A DNA stretch of 64,000 bases from Spirochaetia bacterium (GTDB taxonomy: Bacteria > Spirochaetota > Spirochaetia > SZUA-6 > Bin103): contig OZ241907.1 in assembly GCA_965203515.1 (NCBI GenBank), positions 1,984,001 to 2,048,000 on the forward strand, given 5' to 3'. Shown here one piece after another: positions 29,183-39,144 of the stretch. The stretch's first letter is position 1. Each line of letters starts with the position of its first letter. A program made the position numbers and the translations under genes. Under the pieces are notes generated by a model, which saw nothing but the letters and a program-made list of their open reading frames with translations, was not told the origin of the DNA and did no database searches.

Positions 29183-30728
29183 AGGCGACCTGACCGCGAG
29201 GGTCAAACACGGCGGCACACGACGACCCGACGCGGCCATTGAGCTGAGCCGTCGCTTGGCCGAGGCGACCGGACGCGCGTCTGGCCGCGAAATTCCTGAT
29301 ATGCAGCCTTGATCTCGACGATCTTTGATCAGCGGTTTCCGCTTTCGGCAGCGGGGCTGAACGGAACCGGCGCCTGACGGTCCGCGCCGGGCGGCCGAAT
29401 CCGGCGACTGCGTGACGGTGGCGGTGATGAGCGGCGCACAGCAGTCGGAGATTGCTCGGCTCGGCGGTGCCGCCCTGGGCATACGGCACGACGTGATCGA
29501 TCTGCAGCAGGTGTTGGGAGCCGCAGCGGCGCCCGCTGATGCGGTCCACGTAGCTGCAGCGGCCCCGGTCGCGCCGCCAGACCGCGCGCTTGACCGCCGC
29601 CGGGACGGCGCGGCCGGTCGCGCCGCCCGCCTTCGCTGCCGAAGTTTGGGTCCGCGGCGGCGCAGCCGGCTTCGCGCATGCCGCAGCCGGCCGGCCGAGG
29701 CGCCGCGTCTTCGCCGCCGAAGTGGCGTCGGTCGCAGGCTTCGCTGCCGAAGTGTCAAGGTGGTCCGGGCGGCGGTCCGCCTGCAGCGGCGAAGCGGCTT
29801 CGTCTCCCGGCTCCGCCGCCGGCTGCGCCGCCGCCTGAGCTGCGCTGGCCTCCTGCTTCGCTGCCGAAGCGGCGCCGGGAGCCGAGGCCGCCTGCGTCTT
29901 CGCCGCCGAAGTCCGCTCGGCGCCTGCAGCCCGGGCGCCGGTGAGCCGCCCGCGCGGCGGCCGGGCCGGGTCGTGACGGTCGAGCCCTTCCTGCACCAGC
30001 CGCCCCATGAGCTGCCCCAACGTCATGTGTGGATCGACGTGGGACAGGAGGCCCTTGAGCCGCTCCAACCCGCGCCGGCACTCATCGTCGATGACCGCCT
30101 TGATCTCCCAGCGCCCGGCGCCCAGCGGGCGCACCCGATCCGCCGGCACCGCCAGTTCCGGGTCGACCTCGGCCAGCAACCGCATCACCTGCCGGCTGCT
30201 CTTGCCGGCCGCCTGCTCCACCAGCGCCCGCCGCGCCGACCGGTCCAGCACCGGCGCCGGCTGACGCTCCGCCGGCTGAGCCGGTTCCGGCGCCGAGCCG
30301 TCCTGCTGCGCGGCAGCGCCGAACCCGTTCCTGCCTGGCGCGTTGCGCGCCGCGCGATCCCTGTTGCGGTCCTGCCGATCGAAGGCGTTCTGCAACTGCG
30401 CGGCCGCGTTGAGCGTCATCGAGCCGTCCTGCAGGCGCTCGCGCACGCCGTCGATGTCCGCGCAGAGGCGCATCGCCTTGATGCGCCGCCAAGCGGCGGC
30501 GTCGCTGTAGCCCAGCTCGCGGACCGCGTAATCGAACAGGCTGGAGAACCCGCGACGCAGGTAGAGACGGCGCTTCCGAATCTCGCGCAGATGGTCGATG
30601 ACGACCACTTCGAGCTGGTGTTCGATGCCGGACAGTTCCTTGGTCCGCTCTATCAGGCGGTCGTCGGAGAGGGCGGAAACGGTGGTCGTGATGGCTGCGT
30701 CGGCGGTGTCGGAACGAGTGCCGTTCAT
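29151..30728 (-). CDS. HNH endonuclease with DUF222-like helical N-terminus and low-complexity TSAAK-repeat linker
   Basis: RRLYLRRGFSSLFDYAVRELGYSDAAAWRRI; RDRGRCSY...IDHVVPYAQGG...NLRLLCAAHH. Confidence 0.85.
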   Translation of the reverse strand: MNGTRSDTADAAITTTVSALSDDRLIERTKELSGIEHQLEVVVIDHLREIRKRRLYLRRGFSSLFDYAVRELGYSDAAAWRRIKAMRLCADIDGVRERLQDGSMTLNAAAQLQNAFDRQDRNRDRAARNAPGRNGFGAAAQQDGSAPEPAQPAERQPAPVLDRSARRALVEQAAGKSSRQVMRLLAEVDPELAVPADRVRPLGAGRWEIKAVIDDECRRGLERLKGLLSHVDPHMTLGQLMGRLVQEGLDRHDPARPPRGRLTGARAAGAERTSAAKTQAASAPGAASAAKQEASAAQAAAQPAAEPGDEAASPLQADRRPDHLDTSAAKPATDATSAAKTRRLGRPAAACAKPAAPPRTQTSAAKAGGATGRAVPAAVKRAVWRRDRGRCSYVDRISGRRCGSQHLLQIDHVVPYAQGGTAEPSNLRLLCAAHHRHRHAVAGFGRPARTVRRRFRSAPLPKAETADQRSSRSRLHIRNFAARRASGRLGQATAQLNGRVGSSCAAVFDPRGQVAYRRRAREGGS

Positions 30729-30734
30729 GTCATA

Positions 30735-30765
30735 AGTATAATCATGGAAAATACTTGAGTCAAGT
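30735..30765 (-). promoter_or_regulatory. Near-consensus sigma70 promoter of the HNH gene with palindromic operator; leaderless geometry
   Basis: Minus strand TTGACT-N17-TATACT-N6-ATG; palindrome ACTTGAGTCAAGT 30753-30765 overlaps the -35. Confidence 0.75.
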
Positions 30766-30861
30766 TAGTCGCCTCCGGATTCCCGGACCGTGGAGGATGA
30801 GAGGCAAGAAGTCCGCATACCCGCACTCGACGACACCGGGCCGCACCGGCACGATGGGCCC

Positions 30862-31449
30862 ATGCCGGTAGCCCGTACCTTGGTGCGCACTACCTACCTG
30901 GAGCTGGCGGCCGATGAGCCGCTGCTGCGTCCCGCGCGGGCCCGGCCCGACTACGATCTGCGCCATGCGGTCGCGGTCACGCCCGACTTCGCCCGATTCC
31001 TGTACCGCGGGGTCGGGTACCCCTGGAACTGGACGCGGCGGGTCGGCTGGAGCTACGCGACGTGGGAGCGCTACTTGGCCGATGACGCCGTGGAGATCTG
31101 GGTCGCGTCCTGCGGCGGCACGGTGGCCGGCTACTTCGAGCTGGTCGCCCACGCCAAGGGCGATGACTCCAAGGGCGACGACGGCGTGGAAATCCGGCAG
31201 TTCGGGATATTCCCGTCGTTCACGGGCCGCGGCCTGGGCGGTCACGTGCTCTGCGACGCCGTGGAGCGCGGGCGCTCGATCGGCAACGGACGCGTCTGGC
31301 TGCACACCTGCACGGCCGATCACCCGCATGCGCTCGCCAATTACTTGGCGCGCGGCATGCGGCCGTTCAAGGAAGAGGAGGGATACGAGGACGTGGAGAC
31401 CGGCGCCGAACCGTGGCCCGGCGCGTTCGCACCCGCGGCGCGGAGGTGA
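30862..31449 (+). CDS. GNAT family N-acetyltransferase
   Basis: FTGRGLGG motif A, VWLHTCTADHPHALANYLARG. Confidence 0.88.
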   Translation: MPVARTLVRTTYLELAADEPLLRPARARPDYDLRHAVAVTPDFARFLYRGVGYPWNWTRRVGWSYATWERYLADDAVEIWVASCGGTVAGYFELVAHAKGDDSKGDDGVEIRQFGIFPSFTGRGLGGHVLCDAVERGRSIGNGRVWLHTCTADHPHALANYLARGMRPFKEEEGYEDVETGAEPWPGAFAPAARR

Positions 31450-31469
31450 CGGCGCAGCCTCCGGCGCGC

Positions 31470-32672
31470 TCAGGCGCGAAAGATCGCGCTCAACTCCACC
31501 GGCGGGGTAACCGCAAGCTGCTCGCAGGTGCACTCGCGCGGGTCCTTGTCGGGCCGCCACCGCACGAAGTGGGCGGTGTGCCGGAAGCGACCGCCCTGCA
31601 CGTGGTCGTAGGTGACCTCGACGACCCGTTCGGCCCGCAGCGGCACCCAGCTCTGATCCTTTCCCTGGCTCCACCGGCTCACGCTGCCGGGCACGCGTCG
31701 GTCGGGCACGCGTCGGCCCGCGCCGTCCTCGCCCCGGGCGCCGTCCTCGCCCCGGTCACCCGCCGCGGCTCCGGCGCCCGCCGCCTGCATCCAGCCGAAC
31801 CACGGATGGCCGGCGTCGATGCCGTCGCGCAACGGCGCCAGCTCCGCCGCCAGCTCCCGCCGGCGGGATGCGCGGAAGCTGGCCGCGACCCCCACGTGAT
31901 GCAGCCGGCCTCGCTCGTCGTACAGCCCGAGCAGCAGCGACCCGACCAGGGTGCCGGGACCGTTCTTGTGCCAGCGCAGTCCGCCCACCACGCAGTCGAC
32001 GGTGCGCTTGGGCTTGACCTTGACCATGGCGCGCGCGCCCGGCCGGTAGCGGCCCGCCGGATCCTTGGCCATCACGCCGTCCAGGCCGGCCCCTTCAAAC
32101 CGCCGGAACCAGTCCTCCGCGACCGCCCGATCCCGCGTCATGGGGGTGAGATGGAGCGGCGGCGCGCAGCCGGCCAAGAGCTGCTCGAGCGCTGCGCGCC
32201 GCTCGGCAAACCCGGCCGACGACAGATCGGCGCCGTCCGCGACCAGCACGTCGAACGCCACGAACGACGCCGGCGTGCGCTCCGCGAGCATGGCCACGCG
32301 CGACGCGGCGGGATGGATGCGCTGCTGCAGCGCCGGGAAGTCGAGGCGCGAACCGGCAGCGACCACCACCTCGCCGTCCAGCACGCACCGCGGCGGCAGC
32401 TGCGCCGCCAGCGGCTCCAGGAGCTCCGGAAAGTAGCGGTTCATCGGCTTCAGATCGCGGCTCTGCAGGAGCAGCTCGGCGCCCGACCGGAAGACCAGCG
32501 TGCGAAAGCCGTCCCACTTCGGCTCGAACATCCAGCCCTCGCCGGCGGGGCCATCCTGGGCCGGAAGGGCGTGCATCGCCTTCGCCAACATGGGCCGCAC
32601 CGGGGGCGGCACGGCCAGCGCCGCCAGCGCGGCTCCCTCATCCGGCGCTCCCTCATCCGGCATTGCGCTCAT
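31470..32672 (-). CDS. ligC: ATP-dependent DNA ligase, LigC-type
   Basis: PMLAKA, EPKWDGFR, LDGEVV, DGVMAK, SLLLGLYD, RWRPDKDP. Confidence 0.9.
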   Translation of the reverse strand: MSAMPDEGAPDEGAALAALAVPPPVRPMLAKAMHALPAQDGPAGEGWMFEPKWDGFRTLVFRSGAELLLQSRDLKPMNRYFPELLEPLAAQLPPRCVLDGEVVVAAGSRLDFPALQQRIHPAASRVAMLAERTPASFVAFDVLVADGADLSSAGFAERRAALEQLLAGCAPPLHLTPMTRDRAVAEDWFRRFEGAGLDGVMAKDPAGRYRPGARAMVKVKPKRTVDCVVGGLRWHKNGPGTLVGSLLLGLYDERGRLHHVGVAASFRASRRRELAAELAPLRDGIDAGHPWFGWMQAAGAGAAAGDRGEDGARGEDGAGRRVPDRRVPGSVSRWSQGKDQSWVPLRAERVVEVTYDHVQGGRFRHTAHFVRWRPDKDPRECTCEQLAVTPPVELSAIFRA

Positions 32673-33352
32673 CCGGCATCGCGCAACTCCGCGGGCGGCG
32701 ACGCGGCCAGCCAGCCGCCCACCGCCTGCACGGTGACGCCGCGCAGGGAGTCGATGACCCGGTCGGCATGGTCGAACGGCCAGTCACGGGTGACGCCGTT
32801 GGGTACGGCGACCACGTAGATGCCGGCCGCCTTGGCCGCCTGCGCGCCGTTCGGCGAATCCTCGAAGGCGGCCGCCTCCGACGCGCGGACCCCCAGACCG
32901 TCCAGAGCGGCCAGATAGAGATCGGGCGCCGGCTTGGTCCGCCGCACGTCGTCGCGGCAACGGACCGCGTGGAACGCGTCCAGCGCGCCGATACGCTGCA
33001 GATGGCCCTCGACCCAGCGGCGCGACGCGGACGACGCCACCGCCAGCCGCAAGCCCTGCGCCGCGGCGGCCCTGATCAGCTCCACCACGCCGGGGCGCGG
33101 GCCGAGCCGCGCGACCGCGGCGCGGTGGCGGACCTCCTGCTCCGCGCGCACCGCGGTCAGGTCGACCTCCGGTCCGACCAGCCGCTGCAGATGGCCGTAG
33201 GGATCGACGGTGGCGCCCACGCACCGCCGCCACTGCTCGGACGGCAACTCGAAGCCGTGACGGCGATACGCCTCCTGCGCGACCGCCAACGAGGAGGTCT
33301 CCGTGTCGACGATCAGCCCGTCGAAGTCGAAGATCAGAGCGCGCAGAGCCAT
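32669..33352 (-). CDS. HAD family hydrolase
   Basis: FDFDGLIVDTE, KPAPDLY, FEDSPNG. Confidence 0.92.
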   Translation of the reverse strand: MALRALIFDFDGLIVDTETSSLAVAQEAYRRHGFELPSEQWRRCVGATVDPYGHLQRLVGPEVDLTAVRAEQEVRHRAAVARLGPRPGVVELIRAAAAQGLRLAVASSASRRWVEGHLQRIGALDAFHAVRCRDDVRRTKPAPDLYLAALDGLGVRASEAAAFEDSPNGAQAAKAAGIYVVAVPNGVTRDWPFDHADRVIDSLRGVTVQAVGGWLAASPPAELRDAG

Positions 33353-33429
33353 GGTTTGCCGGCCCGATCCTACCGTCTCCGGCGCCTGTCCGACAGCATG
33401 GCCTGTCCGCAGGGTGTATCCTGCAGCGC

Positions 33430-34572
33430 ATGCAGATCGCCGACCTCAGGCTGACCACCTTCCGCTACCGCTCCCGGACCGTCCGCGACTACGAGGGCCA
33501 TCCCCATCCCGGCCAGGAGCATTGGGCCGTCAACCGCCTGCTCACCGTGGTCACCGACCAGGGGGCCATGGGCCACTTCGTGTCCGGCGGCTGCACGCCG
33601 GAGCTGGTCGACGGCCTGCTGAAGCCGGCGCTCCTCGGCGAGGACCCCTTCTTCCGCGAGCTGCTGCACCAGCGCCTGCAGCGGATCGCCAAGCTCACCA
33701 ACCTGGGCGAGATGGCGATCGGCCAGGTCGACAACGCCCTGTGGGACCTGGCCGGCCGCACGCTCGGCATGCCGGTCTACAAGCTGCTGGGGGCGGCCCG
33801 CACCAAGGTGCTGGCCTACGCCAGCACGATGCCGGGCGACGACATCCCCGGCGGCTTGAGCACCATCGAGGAGTACGCCGCGTTCGCGGAGCGGCTCGTG
33901 GCGCAGGGCTACCGGGCCATCAAGCTGCACACCTGGATGCCGCCGATCGTGCCGGAGCCGGACGTCAAGCGTGAGGCGGCGCTGTGCGCGGCCGTGCGCG
34001 AGGCGGTCGGCCCCGACGTCGACCTGATGCTCGACGCGCACCATCACTACGACCGCCACGAGGCGCTCTATCTGGCCCGGGAGTGCCAGCGGCTGGGGTA
34101 CGTCTGGATCGAGGAGCCGATGAACGAGTCGCGGCTGGCCAGCTACGTCTGGTTGCGGAGCAAGCTGGACGATCTGGCGGTGTGCGGACCCGAGCACGCC
34201 GAAGGCGGGGCGCTCACGCGCGTGCAGTGGGCAGAGCGGGGCGGCTGTGACATGCTGCGCGCGGCCGCCGGCTCCGGCGGCGTCACGCAGATCATGAAGA
34301 CCATCCACCTGGCCGAGGCGTACGGCATGCGCATGGAGGTGCATGGCGGCGGCCCGGACAACCTGCACGCGCTGTGCGCGATGGGGATCAACGGCAAGTA
34401 CTACGAACGCGGGCTGGTCCACCCGCTGCGGGAGTTCGAGGTCCCGTTCCCGTGGCAGAAGACCCATTACGACCCGCTGGACGCCGACGGGTACGTGCAC
34501 GTGCCGGAGCGCCCCGGCCTGGGCGACGACATCGACTTCGACTTCATTCGCGAGCACGAGATCGCTTCCTGA
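33430..34572 (+). CDS. Mandelate racemase/muconate lactonizing enzyme family protein
   Basis: DNALWDLAGR, KLH, LMLDA, WIEEP, PERPGLG. Confidence 0.9.
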   Translation: MQIADLRLTTFRYRSRTVRDYEGHPHPGQEHWAVNRLLTVVTDQGAMGHFVSGGCTPELVDGLLKPALLGEDPFFRELLHQRLQRIAKLTNLGEMAIGQVDNALWDLAGRTLGMPVYKLLGAARTKVLAYASTMPGDDIPGGLSTIEEYAAFAERLVAQGYRAIKLHTWMPPIVPEPDVKREAALCAAVREAVGPDVDLMLDAHHHYDRHEALYLARECQRLGYVWIEEPMNESRLASYVWLRSKLDDLAVCGPEHAEGGALTRVQWAERGGCDMLRAAAGSGGVTQIMKTIHLAEAYGMRMEVHGGGPDNLHALCAMGINGKYYERGLVHPLREFEVPFPWQKTHYDPLDADGYVHVPERPGLGDDIDFDFIREHEIAS

Positions 34573-34575
34573 TCG

Positions 34576-35553
34576 ATGGCGAACCTGCCGCAGGCCGAGC
34601 GGGCGGCCGATGCCGCCGGGGCCGACTACCGGCGGGTCCTACGCCGCCAGACGATCGCGCGGGCGTTGCGCATGCGGCCGGTCTACCTGCTGCTGTCGAT
34701 CTCGCTGGCCATGGTGATCCTGTGGCGATACGTGCCGATCTACGGCCTCAGCCTGGCGTTCAAGGACTTCAGCCTGCACGACGGCTGGCTCGGCAGTCCC
34801 TGGAACGGCTTCGACCACTTCAAGCGGCTGCTCACCGACCCGTTCTTCGGACGGGCGCTGTTCAACACGGTCTGGCTCAGCATCCTGCGCATCCTCTTCG
34901 CGTTTCCCGCTCCCATCATCATGGCATTGCTCCTCAACGAGATGCGATCGCCCTGGTACAAGCGGACGGTACAGAGCGTGAGCTACCTGCCGCACTTCGT
35001 CTCCTGGGTGATCCTGGGCGGCATCTTCGCGCAGATACTCAATGTCAAGCGCGGACCGATCGCCTGGACGTTCGTGCAACTCGGCCTGGAGCCGATCAAC
35101 TGGCTCACGCATGAGCCGACCTTTCGCGGCCTGCTGGTGGTGACCGGCATCTGGCAGAGCGTGGGCTGGGGGACGATCCTGTACCTGGCCGCGCTGGCGT
35201 CGGTCGATCCCAACCTGTACGAGGCGGCCGAGATCGACGGCGCCAACCGCCTGCGCAAGGTGCTGCACGTCACCCTGCCGGCGCTCGTGCCGGTCATGGC
35301 CGTCCTGTTGCTGCTGCAGGTCGGTAACCTGTTCGACGACCAGTTCGACCAAGTCTTCAACATGGCCAACGCCTCGGTCATGGCCAAGGCCGACATCTTC
35401 GGCACGTTGATCTACCGGTCCGGCGTGGTGAACGCGCAGTACGACTATACGATCGCGGTGGGCCTGTTCCAGAACGTGGCCGGGCTCATCGTGCTGCTGT
35501 TCGCCAATTGGGTGTTCCGCCGCATCGGCTACGGCGCCTACGCGCTCTGGTAA
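34576..35553 (+). CDS. Carbohydrate ABC transporter permease (LplB-like)
   Basis: YLPHFVSWV, GWGTILYLAAL, EAAEIDGA. Confidence 0.93.
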   Translation: MANLPQAERAADAAGADYRRVLRRQTIARALRMRPVYLLLSISLAMVILWRYVPIYGLSLAFKDFSLHDGWLGSPWNGFDHFKRLLTDPFFGRALFNTVWLSILRILFAFPAPIIMALLLNEMRSPWYKRTVQSVSYLPHFVSWVILGGIFAQILNVKRGPIAWTFVQLGLEPINWLTHEPTFRGLLVVTGIWQSVGWGTILYLAALASVDPNLYEAAEIDGANRLRKVLHVTLPALVPVMAVLLLLQVGNLFDDQFDQVFNMANASVMAKADIFGTLIYRSGVVNAQYDYTIAVGLFQNVAGLIVLLFANWVFRRIGYGAYALW

Positions 35554-35569
35554 GGCGAGCGGCTCCATC

Positions 35570-36493
35570 ATGCCTTCGGTCATCGGCAAGCGGTCGCCCG
35601 GCGGTCTGATCTTCGACGTCTGCAACTACGGGTTCTTCTTTCTGATCAGCCTGACCTTCATCTACCCGTTCTGGATGATCATCATGCAGTCGTTCTCCTC
35701 GGCCGAGGACGTCTATCGACTCGGCTTCCACCTCTTTCCGCGGCGTTTCAGCACCGAGGCGTGGGGGTACGCGGTCGAGGAGGAGCGGGTCGGACTCGCC
35801 TACTTCAACACCATCTTCCGCGTGCTGGCCGGCACCGCGTGGGCCGTGTTCGTCACCTTCACCGGCGCCTACGCGCTGGCCAAGCGCGACCTGCCCGGGC
35901 GGCGGGCGCTGACCATCCTCTACGTCCTCACCCTGTTCTTCTCAGGCGGCCTGATCCCCACCTATCTGCTGGTGCGCGGGCTGGGACTGATCAACACGCG
36001 GCTGATCCTGACGATCTCCATGGGCAGCGCGGTGGCCATAGGCGTCAACGTCTTCTTCGTCATCATCGCCCGCAACTTCCTGATGACGATCGATCAGGCG
36101 CTGGAGGATTCGGCGATGATCGACGGCGCCTCCTACTGGCAGGTGCTGTGGCGCATCGTCACGCCGCTCTCCAAGCCGGCCATCGCCGTCATCGCGCTGT
36201 TCGCGGCGGTCGCGCACTGGAACGGCTGGTTCGACGCGATGGTGTATGCGCGGAGCAGGGATCTGCGCGTGCTGCAGCTGATGATCCGCGACCTGATCGC
36301 CGACCTGCAGGTCGCGGCGCTGGAGGACTGGTGGGAGCAGCTGCGGCTGGCCGGCGTCGACATCGAGCCGTTCCCGCCGGAGGCGGTGCAGGCGGCCACC
36401 ATCGTCATCACCATCGGGCCGATCATCTTCATCTACCCGTTCATCCAGAAGTACTTCGCCAAGGGGGTGATGCTCGGATCGCTGAAGGGATGA
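35570..36493 (+). CDS. Carbohydrate ABC transporter permease (LplC-like)
   Basis: FSGGLIPTYL, EDSAMIDGA, YPFIQKYFAKG. Confidence 0.93.
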   Translation: MPSVIGKRSPGGLIFDVCNYGFFFLISLTFIYPFWMIIMQSFSSAEDVYRLGFHLFPRRFSTEAWGYAVEEERVGLAYFNTIFRVLAGTAWAVFVTFTGAYALAKRDLPGRRALTILYVLTLFFSGGLIPTYLLVRGLGLINTRLILTISMGSAVAIGVNVFFVIIARNFLMTIDQALEDSAMIDGASYWQVLWRIVTPLSKPAIAVIALFAAVAHWNGWFDAMVYARSRDLRVLQLMIRDLIADLQVAALEDWWEQLRLAGVDIEPFPPEAVQAATIVITIGPIIFIYPFIQKYFAKGVMLGSLKG

Positions 36494-36609
36494 GTACGAG
36501 CGGCAATGGAGGTCCGCAACCGTTATGCTGTCCGTGCAGACCGGACCCGGCCCGGGCCGCCGCCGGAACCACGAACGACGTGCGCAGCACGATCAGAAGA
36601 GGAGAACCC

Positions 36610-38427
36610 ATGCATCGAAAGAGACTCGCCATGGCGCTCGCACTGCTCATGACGGCAGGCTGGGCGTTTGCCGAGGGCCAGACCGAGAACGACCGGCTCT
36701 CGTTCACCACCGACGACCACATGACCATCTCGTGGGGCGGCCTCACCTCGGAACTGACCGAGGAGGGGAATCCGGTCCAGCGGCACCTGGAGGAGAAGTT
36801 CAACGTCACCATCGTGACCGCGGGCGTGTCGCGCTCGGACGAGGAGGCCAAGCAGCTCTTCATGTCCTCGGGCGAATATCCGGAGGCGTTCTACACCTGG
36901 ATCGACATGGTCGACTGGTTCCACAAGGGCGCCTTCCGCACCATTCCCCGCGACATGATCGAGACCTACGCGCCGCTGCACTCCGCCTACCGGAGCCAAC
37001 AGGGGCCGCTGGCCTGGGGCGTGAGCCTGGCGCCGGGGACTACCGACGAATACATGAACATCCCGCGCGGGGAGCACTACCAGCACCACTGCGACGCCGT
37101 CCTGATCATGCGCCTGGACTGGCTGGAGAAGATCGGCATCGACCCGTTCGCGCTGGATCCCAAGGCTCCCGGCTGGGACCGCGCCGGAGAGAAGATCGAC
37201 CTGGGCGAGCCGACGGCGCCGGATACCTACTTCTGGTGGGCCGGCCACTTCGACTGGGACGAGATGGAACGGGCCATGTACGGCTTCCGCGATGCCGACT
37301 TCAACGGCAACGGCAAGCGTGACGAGATCCCGTACGGCACCATCGGCGACAGCGGCGGATTTCAGGGACGCGAGTGGCTGTACCACTCGGGGCCGGCGGT
37401 CCCGTTCTGGGCCTACGGCGTCAACGACGTCGACAACTACCTGGACGACGAGACCGGGCTGACCGTCAAGGTCGACATCGCCTCACAATCGCGCGAGGCG
37501 CTGAAGATCCTGCAGCGCTGGTTCGCCGACGGCATCCTGGACCCGGCGCTGCCGGCGGTCGATCGCAACGAGTGGCGCCAGCAGGTGCGGGCCGGGCTGG
37601 TCGGCATGTGGGCGCGCGGTCCGTGCGGACTGTCGGCCTTCACCGGCGGCAACGACGACTGCACGATCATCCGCAGCGAGGTGCCCGACGCGCGCTTCGT
37701 GAACATGCTGCCGGCGTACGGCCCGACCGGAAAGATGCGCTGCCAGTGGGACAACCGCGCCACGGTGCTCAATCCGCACGAAGGCTTCTCGGTAAAGACC
37801 GGCGTCTCCGACGAGAAGCTGGCCCGCATCCTGCAGATCTACGACTACGTGAATCACGACCCGGAGGGTACGCTGGTTTCCGGTTACGGGGTCGGCGGCC
37901 CGTTTGCCGAGGATGCGAACTACTCCTGGCTGGGCACTCCGGGTGACTGCAGCGTCTCCCAGCTGATTCGAACCCCCACCAACCGGCGAAACACCGACGG
38001 CTTCGGCCTGATCTACAACGCCTATAGCTGGCACGACCAGTTCTGGCTGTGCCCGCAGATGAAGAACGGGCTGCCGATCGAGGCCGCCGGCGGGGCGACC
38101 ATCAATGCGGCGCAGGGCATCAACTGGGCCATGATGCTGCGCGAGCCGTACACGATGGAGATCGCCGTGCGCGACCACCGCGAGGACATCTTCAACCGCA
38201 CCGACTACGTCAAGCTCTGGGCCCGCTACGGCGGCAACCTGCAGGCGTTCCGCGAGGAGACCTGGTGGAAGTGGGTGACCGACAGCTCGATCGACATCGA
38301 CGCCGAATGGCCCGGCTTCGTCGAGCAGTGGCTGGCCAACGGCGGCCAGGAAGTGATCGACGAGCTGCAGAAGGCTCCGCTGGTGGAGGACATCCTCAGC
38401 GGCGCGCTGCCGATGCCGACCAACTGA
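36610..38427 (+). CDS. Extracellular solute-binding protein
   Basis: Signal peptide MHRKRLAMALALLMTAGWAFAEGQTE after AGGAG; RLDWLEKIG; DFNGNGKRDEIP. Confidence 0.88.
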   Translation: MHRKRLAMALALLMTAGWAFAEGQTENDRLSFTTDDHMTISWGGLTSELTEEGNPVQRHLEEKFNVTIVTAGVSRSDEEAKQLFMSSGEYPEAFYTWIDMVDWFHKGAFRTIPRDMIETYAPLHSAYRSQQGPLAWGVSLAPGTTDEYMNIPRGEHYQHHCDAVLIMRLDWLEKIGIDPFALDPKAPGWDRAGEKIDLGEPTAPDTYFWWAGHFDWDEMERAMYGFRDADFNGNGKRDEIPYGTIGDSGGFQGREWLYHSGPAVPFWAYGVNDVDNYLDDETGLTVKVDIASQSREALKILQRWFADGILDPALPAVDRNEWRQQVRAGLVGMWARGPCGLSAFTGGNDDCTIIRSEVPDARFVNMLPAYGPTGKMRCQWDNRATVLNPHEGFSVKTGVSDEKLARILQIYDYVNHDPEGTLVSGYGVGGPFAEDANYSWLGTPGDCSVSQLIRTPTNRRNTDGFGLIYNAYSWHDQFWLCPQMKNGLPIEAAGGATINAAQGINWAMMLREPYTMEIAVRDHREDIFNRTDYVKLWARYGGNLQAFREETWWKWVTDSSIDIDAEWPGFVEQWLANGGQEVIDELQKAPLVEDILSGALPMPTN

Positions 38428-38440
38428 TCCGCTCGGACAC

Positions 38441-38468
38441 GGGTGAGCCGGCCGACGCCGGCTCACCC
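38441..38468. terminator. GC-rich hairpin between convergent genes (possible bidirectional terminator)
   Basis: gggtgagccggc-cgac-gccggctcaccc perfect 12-bp stem; no U-tract. Confidence 0.55.
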
Positions 38469-38469
38469 G

Positions 38470-38976
38470 CTACGACGGCATGCCGAGCTTGCTGAGCTTG
38501 GGAGCGATCACGATGCGGCAGTAGCCGGCGCGGCGGTTCTGGTTGTAGTAGTTCCGGTGGTAGCGCTCGGCCGGATAGAACGCTTCCAGCGGGACGATCT
38601 CCGTGACGATCGGCTTGCGGAACCGCCCGCCGGCCCGCTCCCTGGAGCGGACGGCGACCTCCCGCTGGCGGTCGTCGTGGTAGCAGATGATCGACCGGTA
38701 CTGCGTGCCGACGTCCGCTCCCTGGCGGTTCGGCGTGGTGGGATCGTGCGCGCGCCAGAAGACCTCCAGGATATCGGCGTAGGAGACCGCGCGCTCGTCG
38801 AACTCGATCTGCACCACCTCGGCGTGGCCGGTGTTGCCGGCGCACACCGCCTCGTACGTGGGATTGCGCTGCTTGCCGCCGGCGTAACCCGACGTCACCC
38901 GCCGGACCCCGGCGGTGCGCTGATAGACCGCCTCCACGCACCAGAAACATCCGCCGCCCAGCGTCGCCGCCGCCAT
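38470..38976 (-). CDS. msrA: Peptide-methionine (S)-S-oxide reductase
   Basis: GGCFWC, GHAEVV, QYRS, AERYH. Confidence 0.95.
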   Translation of the reverse strand: MAAATLGGGCFWCVEAVYQRTAGVRRVTSGYAGGKQRNPTYEAVCAGNTGHAEVVQIEFDERAVSYADILEVFWRAHDPTTPNRQGADVGTQYRSIICYHDDRQREVAVRSRERAGGRFRKPIVTEIVPLEAFYPAERYHRNYYNQNRRAGYCRIVIAPKLSKLGMPS

Positions 38977-39144
38977 CTCCTCAGCCTCCTGCCGCCTGCC
39001 GTGCCGGTGATGCTATCGCCCTGCCGCACCCCATGGCCAGAGCGGGCCAGAGCGCAGCGGCGACTCGGCGAAATCGACGCGAACGTGCGAATGGACGCGG
39101 CTCCTGCCGGGCGGATAGGCTGACGGCCAGCCGAGACTCCCCGC

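Noticed and set aside
29631..29911. Possible CRISPR array from palindromic repeats
   Set aside because: Repeats are only 14 bp, spacing is irregular and in frame within a CDS, and no cas genes are present
26159..32672. Complete NHEJ (Ku-LigD) locus
   Set aside because: No Ku or phosphoesterase domain in the window; polymerase and ligase are separate PolD/LigC-type proteins
35761..36609. N-terminal extension of the 888-aa ORF (likewise extensions of the ORFs listed as 7348-9552, 42608-44350, 22222-23310, 23351-25093, 2830-3702)
   Set aside because: Most extensions overlap other real genes (2830 runs through repeat/promoter sequence); true starts were set from RBS, signal peptide or -10 geometry
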